Assembly (NCBI GenBank): GCA_965285935.1
Contig: OZ260665.1
Location: forward strand, 54,746,001 to 54,810,000
Length of the DNA stretch: 64,000 nt
Reading direction: 5' to 3'
DNA from: Ophelia neglecta
Taxonomy: Eukaryota
Program-made: the position numbers and the translations under genes
Shown: positions 1-13,184 of the stretch, piece after piece
How the letters are laid out: every line of letters begins with the position of its first letter
Position numbering within the stretch: position 1 is the first letter of the stretch
The notes under the pieces: generated by a model
The model's input: only the letters and a program-made list of their open reading frames with translations
The model's database searches: none
Told to the model about the DNA's origin: nothing

Positions 1-977
1 CCTTGGGACCAGGACTACCATATAGACACATAAACTGCCAAATTTTGAAAAAAACTGAGCTTCTCTATTTTCCATTTTTTGAGAAAAGTTGACCATCAAA
101 AAGTCAAAAAATGCTGGACTGTGTAGCTACTGCCTATATTTAGCTTGTATTAAAATTTGAACATCATCCGAGAACGTCGCCGAAATAAAGTCAAAATGTA
201 CCATGGACTATAGTCCATGGTTCGATTTGACTTTAATTCGGCAACGTTCTCGGAAAATGACGAAACTTCATCAGATGGTTTGGGGTGGCCAAAATCTTCT
301 AACCCTGGAGTAAGAAGTCCCAATTCCTTCAACTTTTGGAGAAAATGACTTTTTTAGCATGCTAAAACAGCTACCTGTTATCCATATCAGAGCATCACAA
401 TATTTTGGATTTGGGAGGGTAATGATATACGTTATGCATCTGTGAAGTGAAATTTGCACTTTTTTGGGTTCTTCTCATATTTTTGGCATTTTTTAGAATC
501 ACTACCTGGTCATCCCTCCTAGGTATAGAAAGTGGACCCACCCAAACATCATAAAGGTAAACACAGTGCTGTGTGGTCAGGTAGTAATAACCCTTGAGCA
601 ATCCACCTGCCAGCAGTCATTAAAGAACAATAGCTTTTATGATGAGGTACTTAGGCTGTACAAAAGACTCACTATCAATACAATGGCTGAGTAGATTGAA
701 CTACAATGAATGCAGAAAACCCAGATTGATATTATTTCGAGTTGCACTATAAAGTCAGCCAATCCATCACCATATATAGCCAGTAAGGGCTTTTTAAACA
801 GATTTCATGTTACCCCTGCAGAGCAGCATCCTTGTGAGGCCTGAAAAACCCTTGAGAAGATATACTTTGAAATGAAAAATGTTTCTAGTGCCAAGCTTCT
901 GGGTATTAGTCATGTGCAATATGGTCATAATCTGCCCCTAAGTTTGACAGATCTGATCCAGAAATAGAACGCCTACA

Positions 978-1620
978 ACTGGTCAACAGATTTGTAACAA
1001 AGTGATGAAAACTGGTCAACACATTTGTAACAAAGTGATAAAAACTGGTCTACAGATTTGTAACAAAGTGATGAAAACTGATTAACAGATTTGTAACAGT
1101 GATGAAAACTGGTCAACAGATTTGTAACAAAGTGATAAAAACTGGTCAACAGATTTGTAACAAATTGATGATAACTGGTCTAAAGATTTGTAACAAAGTG
1201 ATGATAGGTTGGTTGGTTTTTTGGGCTTTTACATGCTTTTAAACACTTATCTGGTCACATCGCCCTCTTTCTATTTCTGCCTCACTGGAGAACCTGCTAT
1301 AGACACCAGACAGGGAACCCCACCCAGTCACATTATATTGACACTAGGTTGATCAGTCCTGATACAACCCCTAAAATACCGGGCCCCTGACAGGGGAGCA
1401 ATCAGTACCTTTTCTTACGTCTTGGGTTTGACGCAATGGAGATTTGAACCCTGATCTACCACTTGCAATGGGGACACCCTAACAAGGGGATAAAAACTGG
1501 TCAACAGATTGGTTAAAAAGTGATGAAAACTGGTCTAAAGATTTGTAACAAAGTGATGAAAACTGTTCGACAGAGGTGTAACAAAGGGCTGAAAACAAGT
1601 TGGCAGATTTTTAACAAAGG
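978..1620. repeat. ~33-bp minisatellite (AACTGGTCAACAGATTTGTAACAAAGTGATGAA), about 7 copies, then about 4 more diverged copies after a SINE insertion
   Basis: Unit read directly at 978-1203 and again at ~1489-1620. Confidence 0.9.
1205..1488 (-). mobile_element. tRNA-derived SINE (V-SINE-like), inserted in the minisatellite
   Basis: The minus strand has a B-box-like GGGTTCAAATCTCC (~1437-1451), a central AAAAGGTACTGATTGCTCCCCTG block resembling the V-SINE domain, GTCAATATAATGTGACTGGGTGGG, and an (AACC)n tail at ~1207-1218. The family call is from recalled consensus, not a search. Confidence 0.65.
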
Positions 1621-4600
1621 AAGGGTAGGGTAAGGTAAAGTTACCCCAAGAGGCATTTTTTGGCCAGCGGGGAATTATTCATGTTTCTCTCTGTTCAGTA
1701 GTTTTGGAGATGTCCACCAGATACAAAGTACAGATGAAAAACAAGTCTTACTTATTCCGTACCCATAGTAAAGGTACCACAGTAGATTATTCTTGGGTCC
1801 TTTAGGTTTTTTTCATACATAATAATTTATGGTTGCAATCCAATCTGTTATTATCTGTAGTTTCGGAGATCTGGCCCAATAATAAACTGTAAATGACATT
1901 TGATTCACATTTCTACATTAAAAGGAGCCAGAGTACAGTTACCCTCAAAAAGGCATATATAGGGCATTTGGTGTATAAACATGGTTTCTAAATATCCAGT
2001 GGTTTTAAAGATCTGCTAGGGAAAAATGCATAGGTAAAAGAAAAAATGGTCCACACTTCTACATAAAAAATTGACCTAACAAAAGTTACCCCCAAAACCC
2101 ACGTAGGGTGACTGGGCATCAGTCATGTGTAATATGATTAAAATCCACAAGTAGTTTGGGACACAGACACAAAATGTGGACTTATGACCGGATGGCCGGA
2201 CAGATCGTGGGGATAGGGAGATACATAGGGAGAATCTAAATTTAGGGAGCTGACAAGGGAAATATAGACTAGGTAAAAAAGTGATAACCCTGGTATACCA
2301 GTAGTTTAACAGTTTTGGATATGTTTCTATACTCCCTCCCACCTAGCCTTTTGAAACTGCTGCTGACGTTTATCAAATTCCTAAATGACCATAAAATAAG
2401 CAAGGTGGAGATATTATATACTACCAACCCACAGGCACACTCTCACATTGAAACTAGACTGCAATATAAGGTTTCATATTTTCCATTCCATGCTACTTCC
2501 TCTACTACTTCAGTATAAATGGTACCACCAGGAAGGCCCATTTCCAAAGAAATCCCAAATCAGTAAATATAATAACTTTTATTTATAATACTACTCTCTT
2601 TTTGTTACCACAGACAAATTTTCAAACTAAAGCAGCCTTTAAGTAAATTAAACATCCTTGCTATGTGTGGGAAGAGCGATAATTGTGGCTTGACCGTATG
2701 CAGCTTACAAGTAGTTTGCATGGTGAAGAAACACATTTAAGAGTTGATATACATTGCTGCATTATTATAAGTGATAACACTGAACTCTAAAGCTTCTCCA
2801 TGTTAAGTACATGGGGACCCTAGTGTTATTATGGGATGCCAGAAAAGGTATTGAAAATTGCTGGAAAAAAGACTATCATGGATTCCAGTAGAAGGGTTTC
2901 CGCAAACCACACCAATTTCATTAATGAAATTACTTTTAGCTGGAAAACTGGTCATATTTCACCAGAAATATTGAACTATTTGCATTTCAAATTTCAAAAA
3001 TTTATCATTTATTGATCTGTATTTCCTATAACGTTCACTTCATTTACCCCCCTGTTATTGGGCTGACTCTGCCACAATTTTTACGGGACTTCACCTATGA
3101 CTATTTCTAACTCTTAAATTGCATTCAATTTACAAAGCCTGAACCAATTTACTTTAAAATACACTGTATGTTAGCCTATGATTATTTTTTTGTTATAATA
3201 AATACACCTATCAATTTCAGACTTGTAATATTTTGTTCGCTAACAGCTTTCCAGCCATATAGAGTATCACTTTCAAAGGCTGTAACTTACAAAGGCTCTA
3301 TGTATAGCTACAGTTGTCTTTGTTTTTTTTAGTTGGCTGAGAGCTTTTTCTCATAAACAAAAATTTAAAATAAGTATTAAATAGCAGTTAATAAAAGATG
3401 CACAAGTGAAACTCTGTTGCTAGATCTAGTTGATTTTGCCAATACTGAGTGATTTCTTTTTAAATCAAACGGGGCTGAGAAACAATGAACATTTTTTAGT
3501 AGAAGTCAAACAAAGCATCTGTGGATGAATTGAAAGTTAGACAAATTGACTCCACAACAGACACTGACAGATGCCAGCATGATAGTGATATATTGGGAAA
3601 TCTTTACACCAACAGTTGTACTTACCACAAAGTATGTATATAACTCTTCCTCGTCACTATTTGAAGAAGTCTTTCAGGCCTGGGATATCTATGGAATGAT
3701 GTGGTTTTCACCCAACCATATGTCACCCCCAACCTAGCCAACTACTAAAACTGCATTCTGTTATACATTGTATCTGGCACATCTAAAAATGACTATTGTA
3801 TGAGTTAACAAGAGTCAGCGTTTATTCTGTGCATTTGATTCCAGCTCGTTACAGTGATAGTCCATTGACTTCACCGCCATCATGAGACAGCACACTTCAT
3901 GCGACAGTACACTCTTCTATACGTTGATTCCTCACCAGGCCAGACTGTACAATAAAAAAAAGTCACAGACGTCCTCCTATATTTTCCACATTTCAGCCCC
4001 AAAATATCCAATCTGAATTCCGAAAATGTGTACATGATCACAATTGTTTCCATGCTAATATGTCAAATGGCCAATTTCAAAATTCTACCAAGTTTAATGG
4101 TTTGCATTCACCTTTAGCTAAATTTTAAAGATGTTTAACAAAAACTGGATTTTGACAAACTTTAGTCCTGAGGACATCAAATTAAAATAATGTAAAAACC
4201 CTTGGTTCAGGCCGCCATCATTATTAAACAGCCACCCATTTTGTTGTCTTCAATTGGCCCAATTCTTCTAATCTTTTACAGATTTCAAACACTTCCCTTG
4301 CCCAGTCCTGACATATCTACTGACAAACACAAATTTTCCTTTTCCTAGAACAGCCTCCAACAGACAGCAAAGTGCAACCCTTGAATAATTTAAAACCAGG
4401 CTTGCGGGGACTCTTCCACAATATATGCATCCTTATTGTCTTAACTTTACTAACCAAACTGCTATTATCTATTGATATTTGGATCTGTTGCTTTTCTTGG
4501 CAGACCCACCCTCTACTCTCTATCTAATTGTTATTTGGAAGATTACAAGTATGTATTTAATATCAAATACCCAAACGTAATACAGAGATCAAAAAGTGGC

Positions 4601-4834
4601 AAGCTCAGCTCATTTCAAATAATTGTGATGAACAATATATTAATCAGTCAATTTTGTGGTTCCAAAAAGCTTCAAGAGAATATGATATGCACAGTATGTT
4701 CTCATATACTCAGGCTGATAATCTAAAAGCCTCTAGGGGTCAAAAGTCTGGACTTGTATCTACAGATCAAAATGCTGAGGCTGTATTTCTTTAATTAGAA
4801 TCTGCTTGTTTAAGCTCAAGCATCAATTTAATTA

Positions 4835-4996
4835 CAGTGAAACCTGTCTAATTAGGTCAGTCAAGGGATCGGAATAAAGTGCCAACACTATACAGGTGAA
4901 CTTAATAGGGAGGATCCTTAATACAGGCATAGATGGGGAGGGGCGTATTATTTAGTGACCTTAGGGGACGGGTGACCACAAACACAGATTCCACTA
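4835..4996. mobile_element. Tc1/mariner(pogo)-type MITE, degenerate
   Basis: TA|CAGTGAAACCTGT ... ACAGATTCCACTA|TA: imperfect TIRs (10/13) with TA target-site duplication, 162 bp. Confidence 0.5.
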
Positions 4997-7900
4997 TATT
5001 CTAAAGGCCTATTATTATTAGAAAGAGGCCTTTAAATGTTAGAAAAGACAAACAGATCGTTGTAAGTCAAATTATTCATGATAATGCACTTTTTTGGAAA
5101 ACACGCTAGGTTGCAATGGATTATGTTCATGTCCACATAATCAGATTCAAATTGAACATGAGGGAGTGAAATGTGGAAAAAACAAGAGAACATTAGTGAC
5201 TATTTCGACCATAGCTGCCGGCAATGATAAAGGTAATACAACATATGAGCATAACAGTCAAGCGAATCCGTTAGTGAAATTGGACATCTCAAAGTAACAG
5301 CTCTACTCTCAACTCCTCTTTATCCAACATTCAAACGAGTCTTGTCAGATGCAGTTAGTGGCTTGGGGTACAGAGACAATGCCAGTGAAACCTTCATTTC
5401 CCCGCTCAAGACCAAGCCTCATTGGCTGGAAACTTCTGTCACTCACGTCCTATGTAAAACAAAAAAAAATTATCTTAGTTTTAATGTGAACAGTTCAAAC
5501 TGATGGTTTCAACAGAACAACTAATTAAACTGCAATGGGTTCTTTATTTCAAACAGTTGAAGGGGTTTCATTTTTCTCCAATTAGGGAAAGATGGAGCAA
5601 TGTAATTAATATGCTCTTAATTTTCTCAGATATATTTAATTGGTTGTAAAAGTTGAGACCAGTGACTTTTTAATTTCCCATTTCATTTCAAATGGCAGCA
5701 ATAACTCGGGCACTTTTTATGCAAAAGTAAAAATGGGAGAGCTATTAATTTTTATAGAACTCGTATTCTTAAGAAAAGCCTTCAGGGTTTTTATCTAAAT
5801 ATCATAAGAATAACAATAGATGAGAGGTAGTAGTGGCATAGATCAGGAGGTGGGAGCTGAGAAAGAATTTTTTTATGTCCTAATGTGTATCAAAATGCAA
5901 ACCAACTAAGAACTATATAGCGTATACTCGTTGCCTGTGTGTTACTTGAAAAAGTTCCACAAGTATTTAGAAAGCCTGCCCCCCCCCCCCCCATCCACCT
6001 ATCTGTATGAACGGTCTTTATGTACATATATGTCCCAACCAATGACTTCAAGAGGGATGTTTTAGGTGGACAAGATGGCAAAGATTACTTCTAGGATAAC
6101 ACTTATGACATTTTTCATGATATTATCATATCTTGTTTTTATATATCGTATTATATAATTATATTTATACTGTCATTATTCAATAAGAATAATCTTATTG
6201 ATTATATTACATTATTTTGTTTATATATGCATTTGAGGAATCCCGAAAAATCATCTGAGCTTCTCTCAACTGAAATCTCTCTTTACATCATTAAAAGCCA
6301 TAAAGCCATGGAAAATATGATTGCAGTAAAAAATAGAAAAATTTGAAATATTTGTTATTCTTGGGATAAATTTTCCAACCTCCAGAGGAGTAAGAAATAA
6401 CTGTGATCTAATGGGACAAATTGTATTCCACTGTGTCATGTACTTTTCTTGTTTTATATGTTAATTGTAGATATCCTTGAGCAAATGAAAATAACAACAA
6501 CAAAAAACAGATGGACATCAACACAGTGTGGCAGGCCTTTTTTTAGTAAGCGTTGGAAAAATGTTTTATTTGGCATCTTTTTAATATTAGAAGTAAAATG
6601 GCATTATTCTTGACTTGCAGAGTTGCTAGGGGACTAACCATCAGTTGCAATATCAGGAGTGACTATGTTGGTTATGGATTCTGTAGATGACCTGATGAGA
6701 CCAATATATTTGGCTTTTTAGCTTTCTTGCCTGCATCCTGGGGGGAGATGAAAGGCGGTTCTTATCAAAAAATGTTTTCCATTCTGATAGTGTGGTTGTT
6801 AGGATGCGCTGCCGAAACTAAAATTCAACTAAAAAAAATCACCAAGCTGCACCAGTATATGTTACCCAGACAGCACTAAAATGAGCCTTTGGGAGTCACT
6901 ACAACATGGCGTCTCCCTCTGCAAACTCCTTTGCATCGCAGTCATCAAAATGGGCATATTTTGTAAAAAGATGGTGCAAAGCCAGGAAAGCAGGAGTGAT
7001 AAACAAAGCAATTTTTAAAATTTACATTGCACTTATACTTGGAAAAGTCAACCTTCTTCCATAGTTAACAAAAAGTAATTTATTTGCCCCCTCACACCAA
7101 ATTAATGGCAAAATGAGTCCCATGCTGATGGCTTTAGTACCAAATTTAGCTTGTTGCCAGAACTGGCAAAATCTTGGTAGGACCGGCAGAAATATTTACC
7201 TTGCCAGTCCTTCTGACCAGCACAAGATTCAGCCTTTACCAGAACTTTGTAATGAACTGTTATAGCGCAAGCAAGCTCTATAGGTAACGGGTATGCATAC
7301 TGCATAGGAGAAAATGCATAAGAAATCAAATCAAACCATAGAGATACTGGTACTTGAAACAACTTGGTTTGCTTGGTCAATTTCCGCCAAAGTAGTAGCT
7401 GCCACAGTAGTATTTGAATGTAGTAGTGTTCATAGTAGTACCTTTTGAAGCGAAATTTCTCAACTTTCAGGTAGTTGCGCAAATTACAAATTAACAGCAA
7501 AAGAAGTCTAAGTGTATATTAAATTTCTCATTAATAGTACGTACTTCAATTACCTTTTTTATTTGGATAAAACACAAAATCTAAGATTGTGAGAGCATTT
7601 TTTCCAATACAAATTTCAATTTTGCATCTCCTGTTGTAGTCTCGTCTGCAATCCCGCATATCTGAGGCCAGTTTCGTGAGGATGGGTGCAAATAAAATAT
7701 ATGACAACCACTAGTATTGGTTTAAATACAGGTTATCTTGAAATCAGGGGTTAGTAGCGATCTTCAGCAGGGCCAAATAAATTGAAAATTATAAACCTCG
7801 TGAACTGTGAGGGTAAAGGACTTGCAGACCAAAACGAAGTTACGATTAGGTGTCATCTGCTTTTTTTACTTCTGCTAGTCACAATTCAGAGTGTTCTGCT

Positions 7901-9899
7901 AACCCCTTGGGAATATCATATCATATATAAGGGGTGAATTTCTCTTGCAATCGAAAACTAGGCAGCGCCTATATATATTATTAAAATAAGTTGTACAAGA
8001 TCGCCCATTGGACACACCCACTGTCGAAGCTTCCATGTAGGAGGACTGACTGCAGTTCTTCATACTGTCTCGTACACAAGAAGCATTTCGCCCGTTACGC
8101 ATGATGCGCCAGATATTAACCTGGAAGGATACTTACATTAAGTAGCTATGAACTGGGTCACATTTAACCAGTGACGATTGTATCCATGGTAAATAACACT
8201 GCAAATGCACTGCCATGCATGTGGCCATGTGGATTATTGATGTTATGACGGAAGTAGGATTGCCAGAAGTAAAAAACAGTTTGGAGCAAGTGGCTTTATG
8301 TAGTAGTATGCTTCCTTTACAGATACAACGCGTAGTAGTATTACGTTGACGCATTTCTATTTGTTTTGTTGGACTTCACAGTTTAGCTACTGCTGAAGGA
8401 GAAACGGATTAAACTTGGAAATCCTACGCTACCGCCTTTAAATAAATTCCCAGACATACAAAATGATATTTTTTCGTGCTATTTAAACAGTTTGCTCGGC
8501 GTTTAGCTCACAAATTGCCGCAATTTTAATCCTTGTTCTCAGACTCGCGACTTTAAATATATTATAATAATATTAAAAATAATTTGAATTTTGTAACTTC
8601 GCAAATCAATTTAAGAAATATAAGCATGATTTGTTTCGGACTATTTTTTGGCTGTGAAAATATGTACCATTATATTGATTCCTCATTTTGATTACAGCCA
8701 TTTCTTCTTAATAAATGTTGGCAAATGTCATATGGTACAAATGATATTAATATCAAAATAAGAGAGATTTGATTTTAAATCGATTACCACCTTTCTACCA
8801 CCCTTGGTATAGCACATATATAAATTAAGTCATTAAAAGTGCAAAGTTTTTTCGAAAGCACGGAATAGCTTAAATTGTGGAAAATTCCAAGTCTAGACAA
8901 AGGAAGACTGTATTTATTATCAATCAGCTTCCCCACTTTGACAGGACCAGAAATTTAACAAACCTATTACTGTAACTTTCATTAGGTGTCTATAATTAAG
9001 ATCTGATTAGAAGTTTTGATAAAAGTTGTCACAATTAGTGGTTTCATTATTACCTCCGATACTTAAGATCGAGGTCCTAGCTCCGATACCCCCCGGACGG
9101 CTTTAGCCCCCCTGGGCGAGAGAAAAACGTATGTCATTAATAGTAGTTGACCTAAACTTTCCAGGGTTTTAAAATAAATGGATACTGTCAAAATGATCAA
9201 AATTAATAAATAATGAGATGGATCTTGTGAATAGGAAATGTGTTGCCTCCTGAAGTCTGAAACCGAATGAGTCAAGCATATGCATTTTTTTTTAAAACAA
9301 TACATCGACATCAACTTTTTAATGAACAATTATGTAAACACAAATTATTCCGTTGACACAATTGCCCTCAATGTTGGCCGGTCCATTACTGAGGAGGACG
9401 GGGCTACTCTTAAAAAAGGCAAAGTTTTTTTTCGAAACATTGAACATGCTACATTCTAATAACAGACAAGAAACAACATAGATTCTTCCAGATCAGACTA
9501 GAAATGGTAGCTCTCGATGATTCATATGCAGGAGTTGACCTTTAACCTTATGGTTATTATACTTAGTTCTGGAACTGCACATTTTTATTTTGTCACTCTC
9601 ATTTTTGGAATAATTATATACATTTCGGTTTGCATAAAAGGCTGATCGTAACTGAACAAAAAACACACACATAAATTACACATCCACTCTGGTCTTTTAA
9701 AAGTATGATAATTTGATTTAGGTGGGCCTGTCACAAAAGTTATGCCCATAATAGGTATAATGTTGGAATATAAAATATATAATGTTGGAATATAAAATAT
9801 AAAATTCAAAAGAGCTCTCCCCCGAAAATATCAAAATAGACTTTGGCACAGTTAGTTACTTTCCCACTTAAATTTTGGTAACTCGTTTTCTTTCCATCG

Positions 9900-11850
9900 A
9901 CTGAGGCCTCCTGACAGCAATGTTGCGCATACAAGAAAATGGACTGTGATCACTAAATTCATTATGATCCTGTACAAAAAAGTTCTATCAGAAGCTCCGA
10001 AGAGCGTTGATCAGGAAGCAAGTAATCAACAGTACTAGCTCAAGAAGGAGATAGGTATGTATAGCCACCCCCACCAATTAGGTCACCCTTCCATCCGTTC
10101 ATAATTCTCAACCCTATACCAATACACAAATCAATTAGCCTTTTTCCAAATGGGTTAACTTGGCCCTCCTGTGCATATGGAGGTACAAAAGTGTCGCCTT
10201 GGTGGTCCTCTGGCAACGGAACAGGACACACATTGTCAAAAAGTAAATAAAAGCTTGGGTCCTGTAATTTAGAAAGGTTTTTAGAAATGAGACCTTAGAC
10301 ATTCCAAGAAAGAACAGCAACTTGTCGGTCCGTATCCACAGGAAAGTACAATTCTGAATTAAGGTGTCCATAACAATAATCCTTTTGGGACGGAGTTCTT
10401 ATTTAATGTATCGGTTTCTTTGGCTGGCCCCGCGGATGGCATTTTGCTGGTTACGTCGTCCTGTCCACCGACCGCTTCTGCCGCCCCTGTCACTTCCGGT
10501 TGTACCGAAGCTGAGGACTGAGGACGAACAGTAGGGGAGTGTGATCCTTGCACATGGGGTTGGGGAACAGCCTCCTTCGCCTTTGACCTTGCCAGCTGTA
10601 ACTTGCTCTTACTGCGCACTGATTTCCTCCCGGACTATGACATTCCTGGGGAACAATGTGGGGCCCTATCGGAGTACCAGAAGGTGAGGCCATGTTTGCC
10701 TCCTCGTATTCCATATCACTGCCTTCTTCACGAATAGGAACAACAACTGGTGGTATTTTGCTTCCAGATGAAATAAGTCCGATATTTGGAGAGGCCGAGA
10801 GGTGGGTGCCAGGCTCCGGTCTTGTACCGCTAGAAACTGGTCGACAAAATGCTGGCCCCAGCACACGTGGGGGCTGGAATGTATGCACAAGCCAACATTT
10901 TCCATGCCCGGAACGTGAGACACAGATTCGGCCGGGGTGGGCCACCGCTGTTGACCGAAGATTGACGAGGGTTTGTCTTTGGCCTGACTGGCCCCAACTG
11001 CTGTCACATGACATGGAGGAAATGCCTGCCCAAACACGGTGGAACCTTGGGACTTATATCCCGGGAATGATTCGAAGATTGTTTGACCATCAGCTACAAG
11101 GGTGGCTGGAAATCTAATATAGCTAGCCTTGACTGTTCTGCGTAGTTCCATCATTTTTGGTACTAGTACCTTAAGCCTAATTGGCCTTGGATAGTCTTTG
11201 ATAGAGTTTGAAACAGCTTTATCGCTGCCACTTGTTTCGGCCGCCTTCAATATAACCTCTACAACCCAGCTATCTCTGAAACTGGCAATTAGTGGACGTG
11301 TTCTGTTTCTTTGACCTCTGAGTCTGTACACACGAAGAATGGCAATGTCGCGTACTGCTGCATCCGCCATCTTGAATTCTCCGGTCAAGAAATTACGCAG
11401 AACCTGTTCACAGTTTTCTCCAACGTTTTCATTGAGTCAGTGAAATAGTAAATTATCTCTTCGTGATGTCGCCTCGGTATCCAACAATTTCATGTCTAGC
11501 CTAACAAGAGTGTGATTTACCTGTTCATTTTGTAAACGTTGTTAGTTGAACTGTAGTTCGATTCCGCTGAGCACTGACCCTTGTTGATCCAGCTTGGCGT
11601 CCATGCTTTCCACAATGGCCAAAATCTCCTCGTGCGTACCAGACCCAGACGAAACACCTTCTTTAGTCGGAGTATGCTTATCGTCGAGCCGTTTTCCAGG
11701 CCGTGCGTCCTCCCTGCTATCAGATAAATTGCTTGTTTCCATCTTACGTTTGCAACTCCCATCGAAATACGATAATTTTGTGAAAATATCGGCAGAAGAT
11801 TGAAATGTGTTCTCCATTCCTGCACATGCGCAATGTCAATAAATGTAAAG
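9900..11850 (-). mobile_element. Decayed non-LTR retrotransposon (CR1/L2-group LINE): ORF1 plus endonuclease remnant
   Basis: The ORF1-like segment reads LLDTEATSRRDNLLFH*LNENVGENCEQVLRNFL...IAILRVYRL...RPLIASF (L1-ORF1/Transposase_22-like RRM motif, with an internal stop). The APE endonuclease C-terminal motifs NPFGKRLIDLC...IMNG..GD..GGGYTY, S*ASTVDYLL and SDHSP lie at ~9940-10230. Stops and frameshifts are present and no RT domain is seen. Confidence 0.8.
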
Positions 11851-12369
11851 TTCATTAGGCCTACTCATCGAAAACATAAAATTTCTTTTATTTATTTATT
11901 ACTGTCACATTTGACTATATAGGTTGATGTACTGATAAGAATAAACTATATTGATAAGAATAAACTTTATTGAACACTGCTTGTCCTGAGAATTGTATAC
12001 TGTCAGAAACTGTTTCTTTCCAACACCCAAAAACAACTTCAAATTATTTTAAAGCACAAACTAATAGAGAAATTCCTTGTATCGAAATACTTTGTAAACT
12101 GGAATGTTGCTAATAGATAATAGTAACGTTATGCATATTGTCGTACAAAAAAAATATGTTCTATCTCCCTGTACTTTAAATTAACATTATTTATTAATAA
12201 TTTATTGATACTCGTAACTCGGTATGTCGATACGTAATTTCAGACGAAACAGTCTCGGTCATAATCTGCCGCCCTTAGTTAGTTCATTTCAAAACAAAAT
12301 CGCAACGATATGTAAATAATGCAGAATTATTGAAACAAAATAATCAAAAAGTCACGAACTTGCATAACA

Positions 12370-12418
12370 TTTATTTGTACTGGCCATTTATATGTATATT
12401 TACAATGATGCGGACGGA
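12370..12418 (-). promoter_or_regulatory. G1 3' UTR: miR-184 7mer-m8 seed site (12412-12418) and AATAAA (12370-12375)
   Basis: The minus strand reads TCCGTCC, 36 nt, then AATAAA. Confidence 0.65.
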
Positions 12419-12644
12419 TAAGGATAAACTGCAAACATACTTTATCATTTCTTCCTTAGGAACAACTTAGATTGTAAGTTCTTTCTCAAATTATAATGTA
12501 TGCATAAGAGAAGTACCCTCGAATAATATACTTAGACATAGTGTGGAAATAACCGATTTATAGCAGGAGGGAAAACTGTCTGGTCTTGATAATACAGTCA
12601 TAATGGTTTACTTTAAAACATAATGTTACTTTTCTATAAGATGA

Positions 12645-13184
12645 TTACTTATGAACAGAAATACTAATGTCTATCTTTTTCCTGCGAGGACGAGGAATAA
12701 AGGCCCCATTGAGGTCGAATTCATACCATGGATTGCTGGAATGTGTACCTTGGTAAGCGGTGGCTGGAACTGGCACTGGCACTGGTGTTGGGGCAGGTAC
12801 TGGTGTTGGGGCAGGCACTGGTGTTGGAGTAGGCACTGATGTTGGTGCTGGAACCGGAGTAGGCGATGGAGTGGGAACAGGTGCTGGATTCGGGGAGGGT
12901 GTTGGGGCAGGGGCGGGCACAGGAACAGGGGATGGCGTAGGCAAAGGAGTAGGCGCAGGAGCGGGTGTTGGTGAAGGAGAAGGACTAGGCATCATTGGCA
13001 CTGGAGCTGGAGGAGGCATCATCGGCACCATGGGCCCCGAAGCTGGGTGTGGGATCATTGGTATCATTGGGAAAGGAGTTGGAGATGGCCGCAGGTCATT
13101 TGGGATGTAATGATCATGGATGCCATTAGTAAGACCTACGCCTCCACCTGTCCCAGCGCCCACACCATTACCATTACCTTCGCC
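12645..13184 (-). CDS. In-frame C-terminal continuation of G1 beyond the TAG at 13185-13187 (179 codons, PAPT-rich, ending NPWY...PRRKKIDISISVHK)
   Basis: Same frame as the 13185..14726 ORF (13184 to 13163 is 7 codons). It ends in the motif shared with the G2 and G4 C-termini and is followed by a 3' UTR with AATAAA. Confidence 0.7.
   Translation of the reverse strand, partial: GEGNGNGVGAGTGGGVGLTNGIHDHYIPNDLRPSPTPFPMIPMIPHPASGPMVPMMPPPAPVPMMPSPSPSPTPAPAPTPLPTPSPVPVPAPAPTPSPNPAPVPTPSPTPVPAPTSVPTPTPVPAPTPVPAPTPVPVPVPATAYQGTHSSNPWYEFDLNGAFIPRPRRKKIDISISVHK

Noticed and set aside
1-600. Probable DNA-transposon interior at the window start
   Set aside because: No termini or coding motifs are visible within the window to support a call.
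6692-6725. Hammerhead ribozyme-like CTGATGA-GACCAA..TTGG
   Set aside because: The GAAA core required after stem II is missing.
10359-11117. ORFs 10359-10619, 10490-11014 and 10656-11117 as host genes
   Set aside because: They lie within the decayed LINE, between the ORF1 and endonuclease remnants.
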